Below, piece by piece: positions 19,940-29,900 of a stretch of DNA of 64,000 nt. This DNA is from Minisyncoccota bacterium (lineage in GTDB: Bacteria; Patescibacteriota; Minisyncoccia; Phycocordibacterales; CAIZLB01), in the NCBI GenBank assembly GCA_036405975.1, contig DASWWM010000013.1, forward strand, positions 40,649 through 104,648, given 5' to 3'. A program made the position numbers and the translations under genes. Under the pieces are notes generated by a model that worked only from the letters and a program-made list of their open reading frames with translations, had not been told where the DNA came from and ran no database searches. The number at the start of each line of letters is the position of its first letter. Positions within the stretch are counted from its first letter, which is position 1.

Positions 19940-21841
19940 CTATACGCCTCCGCCTGCACCACCTCCACCTCCGCCGCCACCTGACGTCATTCCGGTGCCG
20001 ACTCCTCGAATGGTATCGATGGTGTACTGTGCCGTTCCTTCAGTCGTACATGACGTACCGCTGATGACTTGGCACTGGCTTCCGCTCTGCGTCGTGCCTC
20101 CGATCACATTGATGCCCGACTGGAAGATGTTGTAGTTCGCGTGGAGCGTTGACTGGCCGTATTGGAACATCACCTGCATCGTCTGGTTCGTGGCAATGTC
20201 CTGGATTCCCAGAAGGATTGATCCGCTGCAGGTACAATATGTGACTTGGGTGATCTGGCCGCCAAAGTGGCTCGAGGCTCCGCTTCCTGTCGTTCCTCCG
20301 CCTGCACCACCTCCACCTCCGCCGCCAGAGCCACCACCGCCCCCTCCAAGAGCGCCACCGCCTCCTCCGAGCATGCTTGTAGGTCCGCCCATGCCGGTAA
20401 GCTGTTCAGAAATGGATTCGCTGCTGACGTAATCATCCGTAAGGAGCTTTACAATAGGGTTAAGCCGCCGTTTGAGATCGAGGATGGGGTCTGCCATGGG
20501 CTTGTCGTCCTCTTCAGTTCCGCTGCCGCTTGAGCTTCCTCCCGAGCTTCCGCCAGATGTTGTCGACTGTCGCTGGGTACTTGTCGAAGTGGTTGCAGCA
20601 ATGTATGCGTCGGGGTTGAGGAATCTGTTGATCCGGTCAGGGTCCTGGTTTACGAGAGGAGAAGCCGCATTCGGCAAATTGATTACATGCGTCAGCTGAT
20701 CCGTGCTCGTTCCGACATTGTTCCTGACCTTAATGAGCAGGTTAATGGCCATGCCCTTGTACTGGTTGAAGGCCCTCATATAGCTCGGAAGCGATCCCGG
20801 GATGAATCTGAGCGTCTCTCCGTCCGGAGAAGGCAGGTCATACAGCGTCCCGAGATTCGTGATTATGTTGTTTCCGAATAAGCTGAAATTCTTTCCTGTC
20901 AGAGTTATGGGGTCATTCATGTATATGGAGCTGGTCGGGTACACTTTCGAAAGTGTTGGAACCGGATTTGTCAGCGTAGCGCCTACAATGGTCCTGTCGA
21001 TCGTGAGGACATTCGTGCCTGATGTGACCATGCCATATGCGCTTGAGACGGCGAGGTGGTAATAGCCGTTTGGAAGCACTGGCGGAACAGTAAGCTGGAT
21101 CTCATTTCGGTTTGCATTTGCCTTTAGGCCGGTGACGGGGAATTGTCCAAAATACACCGTATTCGAAGTCGGATGGAATCCTCGGCCATAGATGCTTATA
21201 GTCTGTCCCGGAACGGCTTTGTACACGGAGAACCCTACTATGCCAGTCTCGCTTGATCCCACGGTTGCGAGCTGGGCGGGCGTCAGGGTGAAGATCTTGT
21301 CGCCATTGTCAGTGACGATCGAGTACAGGAGGGACGGATCGATGGTGTTGTATGTCTGATTCGGGAACTGGTAGATCGGGTCATTGACGTTCTGTGCCGT
21401 CCCTGTCTGTTGGTTTCCTGGGGTTCCTGAAGGCGTGCCTCCTGCCGCAGAAATGAGCGCATTGAGCTTGGTTCTTGTGAACGAGCCCACATTGCCCGTA
21501 GGCTGTGTCAGGCCTGCAGGAGCCAGCACTTCGGCCGAATAGAGGGTCTGGAAGCGCATCACGGCATCCCTGGTCTTCTGTCCAAAGTACGATGTCAGGT
21601 TTGAGTTCGACCCTGCTCCTGTTGCTGCTACCTGCGTCTGCGGGTGAGAGTTCAGGATCGTCTGGAGGTACTTCACGTCCGGGTCAACCGTCCTTCCGAA
21701 TGTCAGATTCTGATTGAATCTGAAGCTTGTCGGAACGGTTTGTGCGATGAGCACTGCAGGTGATATCAGGGCGACTGCAAGCGTCGCAGCCAGTAATTTT
21801 GATGCGTAATTCATAGAAAAAAGTATAGCATATGAGGCCAT
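19940..21841 (-). CDS. Secreted Gly-rich surface protein with an N-terminal peptidoglycan-binding-like domain and IPT/TIG-like beta-sandwich repeats
   Basis: Signal peptide, then a PG_binding_1-like block (DVKYLQTILNSHP...SYFGQKTRDAVMRFQ), Ig-fold repeats, and long poly-Gly tracts (GGGGGGAGGG). Confidence 0.5.
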   Translation of the reverse strand: MASYAILFSMNYASKLLAATLAVALISPAVLIAQTVPTSFRFNQNLTFGRTVDPDVKYLQTILNSHPQTQVAATGAGSNSNLTSYFGQKTRDAVMRFQTLYSAEVLAPAGLTQPTGNVGSFTRTKLNALISAAGGTPSGTPGNQQTGTAQNVNDPIYQFPNQTYNTIDPSLLYSIVTDNGDKIFTLTPAQLATVGSSETGIVGFSVYKAVPGQTISIYGRGFHPTSNTVYFGQFPVTGLKANANRNEIQLTVPPVLPNGYYHLAVSSAYGMVTSGTNVLTIDRTIVGATLTNPVPTLSKVYPTSSIYMNDPITLTGKNFSLFGNNIITNLGTLYDLPSPDGETLRFIPGSLPSYMRAFNQYKGMAINLLIKVRNNVGTSTDQLTHVINLPNAASPLVNQDPDRINRFLNPDAYIAATTSTSTQRQSTTSGGSSGGSSSGSGTEEDDKPMADPILDLKRRLNPIVKLLTDDYVSSESISEQLTGMGGPTSMLGGGGGALGGGGGGSGGGGGGGAGGGTTGSGASSHFGGQITQVTYCTCSGSILLGIQDIATNQTMQVMFQYGQSTLHANYNIFQSGINVIGGTTQSGSQCQVISGTSCTTEGTAQYTIDTIRGVGTGMTSGGGGGGGGAGGGV

Positions 21842-21891
21842 ACTTTTTTCTGACTATCTTCATATTTTCAGCCGCAGATGCAGCCTTTCTC

Positions 21892-22695
21892 TTACCGGCG
21901 TGTCGTCGTCGCTGCGGTCGCAGTGGCCTTCTCAGTTTCAAGCCGTTCTGCCGCTGCCTTCGCTCGGTCTTCGTCTATCTTTTTGATCTCTGGAATCATC
22001 TCTCTGACTTCTTCAATCGTCTTGAATCCTACGAATGCCTCGTCGTTGTATACGAGAGCCGGAAGCTCGGTCGGCTTGATGCCGTAGATCGACTTGAGCG
22101 TCTCAAGGGCACTGAGCTCGAGGTTCGTATCGAATGAGTAGATCCGCAGTTCCGGATATTGCTGTCGGAGATATGTGAGGACATATGACATCTTTTCGCA
22201 TTCAGAACAGTCGCTTTTGTTTCCGTAGAAATACAGAATCGAGATGGGTTTCGTGCCCGTGCACTTCTGGCCAAGCTGCTGCATGAGGATCGAGTCCTTG
22301 ATCTGGAGGAGCGAGTAGTACTTCTTTACATATGTGAGCTCCTCGAGGTTGTTGGCGCTATTGTTCGACTCAAGGTACGAGAGCTTCGTCGCAAGGGAAT
22401 TGAGTTCCTGCGAAAGGATCGAATCGCTCAGGTTCCTGCATGATGTTTCCTTGAGAAGGCTGAACTGCGTCTCTGAAGAGAGGAGGTCGAGTGAAATCTG
22501 ATCCTGGACCGACTTCACGTCGGCGATCCTCCTGCTGTCGAGCATGCTGTTCACATAGAGCATCGATCCGAAGATGATAGCCGTGATCAGGAAGGTCAGT
22601 AGGTACTTGCTCTTGTCCAATGTTTTTCTAGTGTTCATGTTTTTGTATTTATTAAATGCGATTCGATTCTTCTGATAATTACCTCCAGGCAGCAT
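21892..22695 (-). CDS. Membrane-anchored coiled-coil protein with a thioredoxin-fold CxxC domain
   Basis: N-terminal TM helix, a heptad-rich region, then ILYFYGNKSDCSECEKM (CxxC) and a glutaredoxin-like C-terminus. Alternative start at 22638, which would avoid the 17-nt overlap with the upstream GT2 gene. Confidence 0.45.
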   Translation of the reverse strand: MLPGGNYQKNRIAFNKYKNMNTRKTLDKSKYLLTFLITAIIFGSMLYVNSMLDSRRIADVKSVQDQISLDLLSSETQFSLLKETSCRNLSDSILSQELNSLATKLSYLESNNSANNLEELTYVKKYYSLLQIKDSILMQQLGQKCTGTKPISILYFYGNKSDCSECEKMSYVLTYLRQQYPELRIYSFDTNLELSALETLKSIYGIKPTELPALVYNDEAFVGFKTIEEVREMIPEIKKIDEDRAKAAAERLETEKATATAATTTRR

Positions 22696-24040
22696 CCCTG
22701 TTCCTGATCGTATTATATACGGATGTGATCAGCCAGAGTGGGGAAATCAGGCTGTACAGGAGGAGGAAATAGACGATGTCCAGTATTCCGCTTTCCTTGA
22801 TTCCCGCTATCCGCTTTCCGTACCAGATGGCGAAGACGATAGTGCCGACTGCCAGCACGCCCAGGAAGAGCGATGACTGGATATTGTAGAGTACCCATTC
22901 GCTGGTAAATGACGGGAAACCTGCTGTCCAGTCGAATCCTACCACCCGAGCCTTTTCTATAGAGCTGGCTGCATTCTTTACAAAGCCGTACGCGTTCATG
23001 GCAAGGAAGATGAGTGATCCGATAATGCTGTACATGGCAAGGGGAAGCACAAGAAGGCCCAGGTTTCCGTACTTCGGATTAAGGATCATCTTTCGGTAGT
23101 CGATCGTATTCTGGATGAATCCTCCAGTCCATCGAACACGCTGCTTATACAGCTTATAGAGCGTTCGGGGGGCAACTGTATGCACGAGCGCCTTATGGGC
23201 ATTCTTGATCTTGTAGTTATGATCTTGAAGTCGGAGTGCCATTTCAAGGTCCTCTGTATTGTGGGCATGCCGGTACGGTCCAACCTTGGCGAAGACTTCC
23301 TTTTTGAAAATAGAGAATGGTCCTGGCGTCACGTACTGCGCATCAAGCATTCCGAGAACTTTCCGGGTGAAGATTCCGAGGTGATATTCGGCGTTCTGGA
23401 TCATGCCGAGCACGGAGTCCGAGTTCTTGATCTTGAGGGACGGAGTGACGGCCATGACGCCCTCTTCCTCGAAGTAGGGAAGAATATGGTTGAGGGCGTC
23501 GGGGTCGACGAATGAGTCGGCGTCAAGGCATCCAACGTACTCGCTTGTCGAATGCTCGATCGCATAGTTGAGGGCCGTGTACTTTCCGCCGTTCTCCTTC
23601 CGGTGAAGAAGGACTCGGGAGTTGTCCTTGAACTGCTGGACGATCTCCCATGTATTGTCCTTCGAACCGTCGTCAACGACCATGACTGAGAGCTTGTCCT
23701 GGGGGTAGTTCATGGCAAGAAGTGAAAGGACGGTTTTCGCAACGGTCTTCTCCTCATTGAAGATGGGGACAATGATGGTGACCGTCGGGTAGTCTTTGAG
23801 GGTCCGTTCTTCCTCAATGTCCATTTCTGACCGGTTCTCCAGAAGGGTCAAGATTAAAAAGACCTGGAAGTAGAGGACCAGGAACATGAAGGTATAGAGG
23901 AATCCCGTTAGAAATATATCCATGGATTGTGATGTTGGGCGTGGCACGGGCGGTAGGCCCTGGGCGAGCCCTGGAGAAAGGGTTGCCCCTTGGCCTGGCT
24001 GCTGTTCTATAGAATATACAATATTTTGGGTTTTTTTCAA
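22679..24040 (-). CDS. Family-2 processive glycosyltransferase (cellulose/chitin/PNAG-synthase-like)
   Basis: IVPIFNEE...VVDDGS (DxD), GCLDADSF, and Q-R-V-R-W (the QxxRW motif of processive GT2 enzymes), flanked by TM helices. Confidence 0.75.
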   Translation of the reverse strand: MKKTQNIVYSIEQQPGQGATLSPGLAQGLPPVPRPTSQSMDIFLTGFLYTFMFLVLYFQVFLILTLLENRSEMDIEEERTLKDYPTVTIIVPIFNEEKTVAKTVLSLLAMNYPQDKLSVMVVDDGSKDNTWEIVQQFKDNSRVLLHRKENGGKYTALNYAIEHSTSEYVGCLDADSFVDPDALNHILPYFEEEGVMAVTPSLKIKNSDSVLGMIQNAEYHLGIFTRKVLGMLDAQYVTPGPFSIFKKEVFAKVGPYRHAHNTEDLEMALRLQDHNYKIKNAHKALVHTVAPRTLYKLYKQRVRWTGGFIQNTIDYRKMILNPKYGNLGLLVLPLAMYSIIGSLIFLAMNAYGFVKNAASSIEKARVVGFDWTAGFPSFTSEWVLYNIQSSLFLGVLAVGTIVFAIWYGKRIAGIKESGILDIVYFLLLYSLISPLWLITSVYNTIRNRDAAWR

Positions 24041-24062
24041 GCATTTCGCCTCTTAAATTCAT

Positions 24063-24806
24063 ATGGCTTTCTGCTATACTGTCCCCATGAATACTTCCGA
24101 AACAGGCCAGCCGAAAGGGCATTTGCACCCTATTTCCCAGGTGATAAACGAGATAAACCGCATCTTCTCAGAGATGGGTTTCGAGGTTGCTGAGGGTCCT
24201 GAGATCGAAACCGAGTTCTATAACTTCGACGCGCTCGGTACGGCCAAGAATCATCCGTCTCGGGACATGCAGGACACCTTCTGGCTTAAGGCGGCCGGTG
24301 CCAATGGCGAGAAGCTCCTTCCTCGAACTCACACTTCGGGCGTGCAGGTCCGGTTCTCAGAAACTCATAAGCCTCCGTTCAGGATAATTGCCCCTGGAAA
24401 GGTATTTCGAAATGAGGCAACGGACGCTACTCATGAAGCCGACTTCTATCAGGTCGAAGGAATGGTCGTCGCGGAAAAAGTATCGATGGCCGACCTTAAG
24501 GGGACGCTTCAGCGTTTCGCTCGGGAGTTCTTCGGTGCAGATACTGAAATCCGTTTCCGACCGAGCTATTTCCCATTCGTCGAGCCGGGCATCGAAGTCG
24601 ATGTGAAGTTCAAAGGAAAGTGGCTTGAGGTTCTCGGCGCCGGCCTCACTCATCCGAACGTATTGAAGGCCGGCGGCCTCGATCCGGAAGTATGGCAAGG
24701 CTTCGCATTCGGAATGGGCCTCGACCGTCTCGTCATGCTCAAGTACGGCATTACCGATATCAGAAACCTTTACTCAGGAGACCTTAGATTCGTAAACCAA
24801 TTTTAA
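24063..24806 (+). CDS. pheS: Phenylalanine--tRNA ligase alpha subunit (short form without the N-terminal helical arm)
   Basis: Class II synthetase motifs: FRPSYFPFVEPGIEVDV and GAGLTHPNVL. Only 247 aa (alternative start at 24087). Confidence 0.85.
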   Translation: MAFCYTVPMNTSETGQPKGHLHPISQVINEINRIFSEMGFEVAEGPEIETEFYNFDALGTAKNHPSRDMQDTFWLKAAGANGEKLLPRTHTSGVQVRFSETHKPPFRIIAPGKVFRNEATDATHEADFYQVEGMVVAEKVSMADLKGTLQRFAREFFGADTEIRFRPSYFPFVEPGIEVDVKFKGKWLEVLGAGLTHPNVLKAGGLDPEVWQGFAFGMGLDRLVMLKYGITDIRNLYSGDLRFVNQF

Positions 24807-24809
24807 ATC

Positions 24810-26879
24810 ATGCTCGTATCCTATAACTGGCTTCAGAAATATTTCAAAGAACCGCTTCCTGAACCGGAAGCCCTTGCTGACATCATCACGATGGGCGTTT
24901 TCGAAGTTGAATCAGTCGAGAAGAAGAATGCTATTGTCGAAGGTAAAAATGAAGATACGGTCATTGACGTAAAGGTTCTTCCTGACCGAAATCCATACTG
25001 CTTGTCGCATCGCTACGTTGCACAAGAGATCGCGGCTCTTCTTGATACTGAAATCGATCTTCCTGATATCGAGCATGTTCCTGTTCAGGAAACCGGACGC
25101 ATTCTCGACGTACAGGTCGGCCCTGATGTTCAGGCGAAGAATCTGTGCAAGCGATACGTTGGACGGGTTATTGAAGGTGTAACGGTTACTGATTCTCCAC
25201 TCTGGCTCAAGTCTCAGCTTGAAGTTCTTGGCCAGCGGTCCATCAATTCGGTAGTAGACCTTACAAACTATGTGATGCTGGAAACAGGGCAGCCGCTCCA
25301 TGCATTCGATGCCGATTTGGTTGAGGGTGCAGTCACGGTCAGATTCGCTGCGGAAGGGGAGAAGATCGTCATTCTTGATGGAACAGAGGTGAGCCTTACG
25401 GCTCAGGATATGGTCATTGCGGACGGTCTCGGCCCTCTTGCCATTGCAGGAGTCAAAGGCGGAAAGAGGGCCGAGGTTACAAAAGCCACTACGAACATCA
25501 TCCTTGAGGCTGCATGCTTCGACGGCTCATCGGTCCGAAAGACATCGCAGCGAACGGGTATCCGAAACGATTCGTCAAAGCGATTCGAAAACTCCATTAC
25601 TTCAGAGCGAGCAGGACTCGGCATGGCTTCGGTTACGTCTCAGATATTCCAGCTCAATCCGAACGCAGTAGTCGGTGCCGCAGTCGATGTGCACCTTGTG
25701 CCTGATACTGATACCATTCTTCATGCGAGCATTTCAAGAATAAATCAGCGACTCGGTCTCGATATTCCGAAAGATGCTATTTCTCATATCCTTACGCGAT
25801 GCGGTCTCACTGTTTCGTACCATGAGGAAGACGAAGATGCGCTTCTTCTCTCTGTGCCTCCATATCGGTCTGATATCAGGATTCTCGAAGATGTCGCTGA
25901 CGAAGTCGGACGAATCTACGGCTACAATAAAGTTATTGGCGTCGAGCTTGCGGCGGGCGAGGGAAGGAGTATCAATGCCAATTTTTACAATCACAATCTG
26001 ATCAGGAAGACGCTTCAGGAAAAAGGCTTCTCCGAAATCTGCACGTATACGCTCATGGATGTCGGAAGCGTTGCCATCCTGAATCCGCTCACTATCGAGA
26101 AAGGATTCATGCGAGAAGGGCTTTCGGATACGATGGCAAAAAAGCTTCTTACCAATCTGAAGAATGCGGACTTGCTCGGCCTTAAGGAAATCAAGCTCTT
26201 CGAAATTGGAAAGATTTTCAGCATGGCTGATGGTTTACCGGCTTCAGGCAATGACGCTTCCGCCGCACAGGCACCGATCAATGAGCGATATTCGCTTGCG
26301 GTTGGAATCGCCCGATCAAAGAATCCTAAGGGCAATGATGCTGAGGCGGAGATAAAGTCGGTTGTCTCATCTGTGCTTCAGACGCTCGGTGTTGCTCCAG
26401 AAGAGGCGGCACGCGCATCAGCATCTGCACGAGTCCGAACAGCTGAAGGCGATGCCCAGACTCCATGCGCCGGCATCGTCGCCGAGATCGATCTCGATGA
26501 CATCATCAAGGCTCTTCCAGAGCCTAAGTCTGACATCGAGATGCCCGCACTCTCGGATGCCTCATTCAAGATTATTTCAACGTATCCTTTCTCCGCGCGA
26601 GATGTTGCCGTGTTTGTGCCCGGGGAAGAAGGCTCCGCGACAGATGTCATAAACGTAATCGTAAATGCGCTGAATGAGGACCAGAGAAAACTTCTTGCGA
26701 ATGCGACGCTTTTTGATACGTTCACAAAGAGAAAAGAGGATGAGCCTGTAAAAACTTCATATGCATACCGACTCGTATTTCAGTCTGACTCTCGGACCCT
26801 TACTGAGGATGAGGTGGTCGCGGCCATGAAGGCCATTACAGACGCTCTTGCTGCACAAGTCGGTTGGGAAGTGAGGTAA
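24810..26879 (+). CDS. pheT: Phenylalanine--tRNA ligase beta subunit
   Basis: Canonical N-terminus MLVSYNWLQKYF, B3/4 and B5 region blocks, and a C-terminal anticodon-binding-like domain. 689 aa. Confidence 0.85.
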   Translation: MLVSYNWLQKYFKEPLPEPEALADIITMGVFEVESVEKKNAIVEGKNEDTVIDVKVLPDRNPYCLSHRYVAQEIAALLDTEIDLPDIEHVPVQETGRILDVQVGPDVQAKNLCKRYVGRVIEGVTVTDSPLWLKSQLEVLGQRSINSVVDLTNYVMLETGQPLHAFDADLVEGAVTVRFAAEGEKIVILDGTEVSLTAQDMVIADGLGPLAIAGVKGGKRAEVTKATTNIILEAACFDGSSVRKTSQRTGIRNDSSKRFENSITSERAGLGMASVTSQIFQLNPNAVVGAAVDVHLVPDTDTILHASISRINQRLGLDIPKDAISHILTRCGLTVSYHEEDEDALLLSVPPYRSDIRILEDVADEVGRIYGYNKVIGVELAAGEGRSINANFYNHNLIRKTLQEKGFSEICTYTLMDVGSVAILNPLTIEKGFMREGLSDTMAKKLLTNLKNADLLGLKEIKLFEIGKIFSMADGLPASGNDASAAQAPINERYSLAVGIARSKNPKGNDAEAEIKSVVSSVLQTLGVAPEEAARASASARVRTAEGDAQTPCAGIVAEIDLDDIIKALPEPKSDIEMPALSDASFKIISTYPFSARDVAVFVPGEEGSATDVINVIVNALNEDQRKLLANATLFDTFTKRKEDEPVKTSYAYRLVFQSDSRTLTEDEVVAAMKAITDALAAQVGWEVR

Positions 26880-26930
26880 ATTTCACAATCTCGATTTCGA
26901 AATTGAGGATTAATGAGGTAATATAAAGGT

Positions 26931-29900
26931 ATGTTGTTCTCGGAGGACGAGGTATTTTTTATGCACCCAAAAAAGCGCAAGCCGAATCTGGCCAAAAGGA
27001 TCGCATCTGCGGTCTTGATTGTTGCACTGGCTCTGCCTGCATTGTTTGTAAGCCCTCAGGATGCGAAGGCTGCCGTGCTTGAAGGGTCGGCAAATGCCGC
27101 ATATACGCTTGCGATGGGCCGGGATAAGGGCTTTGACGGTGTCGTTTCCAAGGTGATCTCGCTGTCAGATGGCAGTTTCATCGCAGGGGGATCTTTTGCT
27201 GCATACAATGGCCAGACCGCTCGGAGGCTTGCGAAAATATCCGCTTCCGGCACGCTTGATACTGATTTCAATATAAATTTAGGGACCGGTTTGCCAACGT
27301 CAAATAACGTATCTGACATAGCATTGCAGCCGGACGGCAAGCTGGTCATCATAGGAGGCTTCACCACATTCAATGGCGTAACGACGAACAGGATCATGAG
27401 GCTGAATGCTGATGGAACGAGGGATGCCACATTCTCGATTGGCACGGGGTTGAATGAATTTCCAAGAGAGGTGTCCGTCAGGTCCGACGGAAAGATTGTC
27501 GTTGCGGGAGATTTCACTTCATATAATGGAACGAGCATAAATAGAATAGCTCTCCTGAACGCTGACGGGTCTCTCGATATGGCATTCAGGACCGCGCTTG
27601 GAACTGGTCCGAACGCGCTGCTTACTGCTGCGCATGTGCAGCCTGACCGAAAGATCGTAATAAGCGGAAATTTCACGTCAGTCGCCAGCACCTCTGTCAA
27701 TAGAATTGCCCGGCTTAACGAGGACGGAAGCATCGACTCGGCATTCGTCGCCAATGTCGGTGCCGGAATTCCCTCGAATGCCGGTGCCGTGATCACCCTC
27801 TCTGACGGTCGGATCTTGTTGGGAGGAAGCTTCACGACATTCAATGGGTCCAGTACCGCGAGAGCTGTCAGGCTGAATTCGGACGGCACGATAAATGCGC
27901 TCTTCGCTTCCGGCTTCAACGGTTCGGTGTATGACTTCTTGGAGCTTTCAAACGGGCAGGTGATGGCAGCCGGAGTATTCTCCACTTATAGGGGTGTAAC
28001 AAGAAGGGCGCTTGTGCTCATGAACGAAGACCTCACTGCCGATACTGCTTTTTCTGCAAATATCGGGAGCGGGTTTGTCGGTTCTGATTCTGTGAGCAGC
28101 GTGATTCGCCTGACGGACGGATCATTGGTATTCGCGGGAGGATTCAGCGAGGTATCTGCTCGGCAAATGGGAAACATTCTCAAGACTGATTCGGCCGGAG
28201 TAGTAGACAGGGATTTCGACCCGAACTTCGGATTCGGATTCAATGACCATGTCAGGTCCGCAATCCAGAGGCCGGATGGAAAAATCATATACATGGGAGC
28301 CTTTACTCGATTCTCAGACGAATCCACGAGGCTGAACTCTGCCGTAGAGATGCTCGCACAGTTCGATTCTGCAAATGTACTCGATACGTCATTCGATACG
28401 AATATCGGCACGGGGTTCGAAGGGTCATCGCCTCTCGGGGGTGCATTGCAGCCGGACGGCAAGCTGGTCATCATGGGAGGCTTCACCACATTCAATGGCG
28501 TAACGACGAACAGGATCATTCGCCTCAATGAAGACGGAACAAGGGACGGATCGTTCATCATCGGAACGGGCTTCAACGGCTCGGTTTCCGCCGTCGCTCT
28601 TCAGCCTGACGGAAAAATTATTGCGGGCGGAAATTTCACCACATACCAGGGATCGAGCACTGCCCGTATCGCTCGGTTGAACAGCGATGGCAGCATAGAC
28701 CAGACATTCAGGCAGAATGTCGGAACCGGCGCACCCGGAACGGTCAGCGCAATAGCCGTCCAGTCCGACGGAAAGATCGTGCTTGCCGGAACGTTCACCA
28801 CTTTCAACGGAGTTACTGTGAATAGGGTTGTCAGGCTTGAGTCTGACGGAACCGTCGATGCGACGTTTACCTCGAATGCCGGAACCGCTTTCAGCTCTGG
28901 CGGAGTGGCTGCTCTTGCCCTTCAGTCTGACGGAAAGATCCTTGCTGTCGGTAGTTTCACCTCATACAAAGGTACCTCGGTAGGAGGGGTGGTTCGGATA
29001 AACTCAGACGGAACTTCTGATGCGGACTTCAATCAGAACGTCGGTTCTGGCGCAACGGGCAGCGGTTCTGCAAGTACCGTGCTCGTTCAGCGTGACGGGA
29101 AAGTGGTCGTTGGCGGAGATTTCACGGTTTACAAGTCCGTGATCAGGAATAGGGTGGTGCGGTTGGAAGCAAATGGAACCGTAGATTCCACATTTTCGAC
29201 AAATAACGGCAGCGGTTTTAACTATGCTGCGTACTCGCTCACTCTCCTGAACGATAACAATATATTGGCTGGAGGGAATTTCACGAGATCGGCAGGTACG
29301 TATGCGAACCGCGCATCTCTTCTGTTGGGCCCCGAAATGCCACCGCCGGATGTCCCTCCGCCAACCGACCTGGATGTTTCTTCTGATACGGGAAGGTCGA
29401 GCGTGGACAATATAACTTCTGATACCACCCCGACATTCTCTGGAACGGCATCCACCTCGGCGTCTGTTTATTTGTACGGCGTCGCCACTACGACTGGACT
29501 GATCGGCACTGCCACTGCCGATGGTTCTGGAAATTACTCGGTGACATCCTCTCCTCTGGCCGATGGGACATATTCCATGGTTGTCGTGCAGGAACTATAT
29601 GGCGTGCGTTCCGCAACATCTTCGCCGATCAATGTAACCATTGACGCCACGGCCCCGTCGCTCTTCTCGCTGACTCCGTCAAATGGAGCGACGGGAGTGT
29701 CCGTATCTTCGTCCTTGCGAATCCGGTTGGATGAGAGCATCGCAACGACGTCTGGAACGGCCCGTCTGTACAGGGCTTCTGACGATTTCCTCGTCCAGTC
29801 AGCGTCCACTGCATCAAGCAGCGTATCCATTCAAAGCGGGCACAGTCTCGTATTCCAGCCTTCGCAGAATCTTTCGTATAACACTTCGTACTACGTGCTC

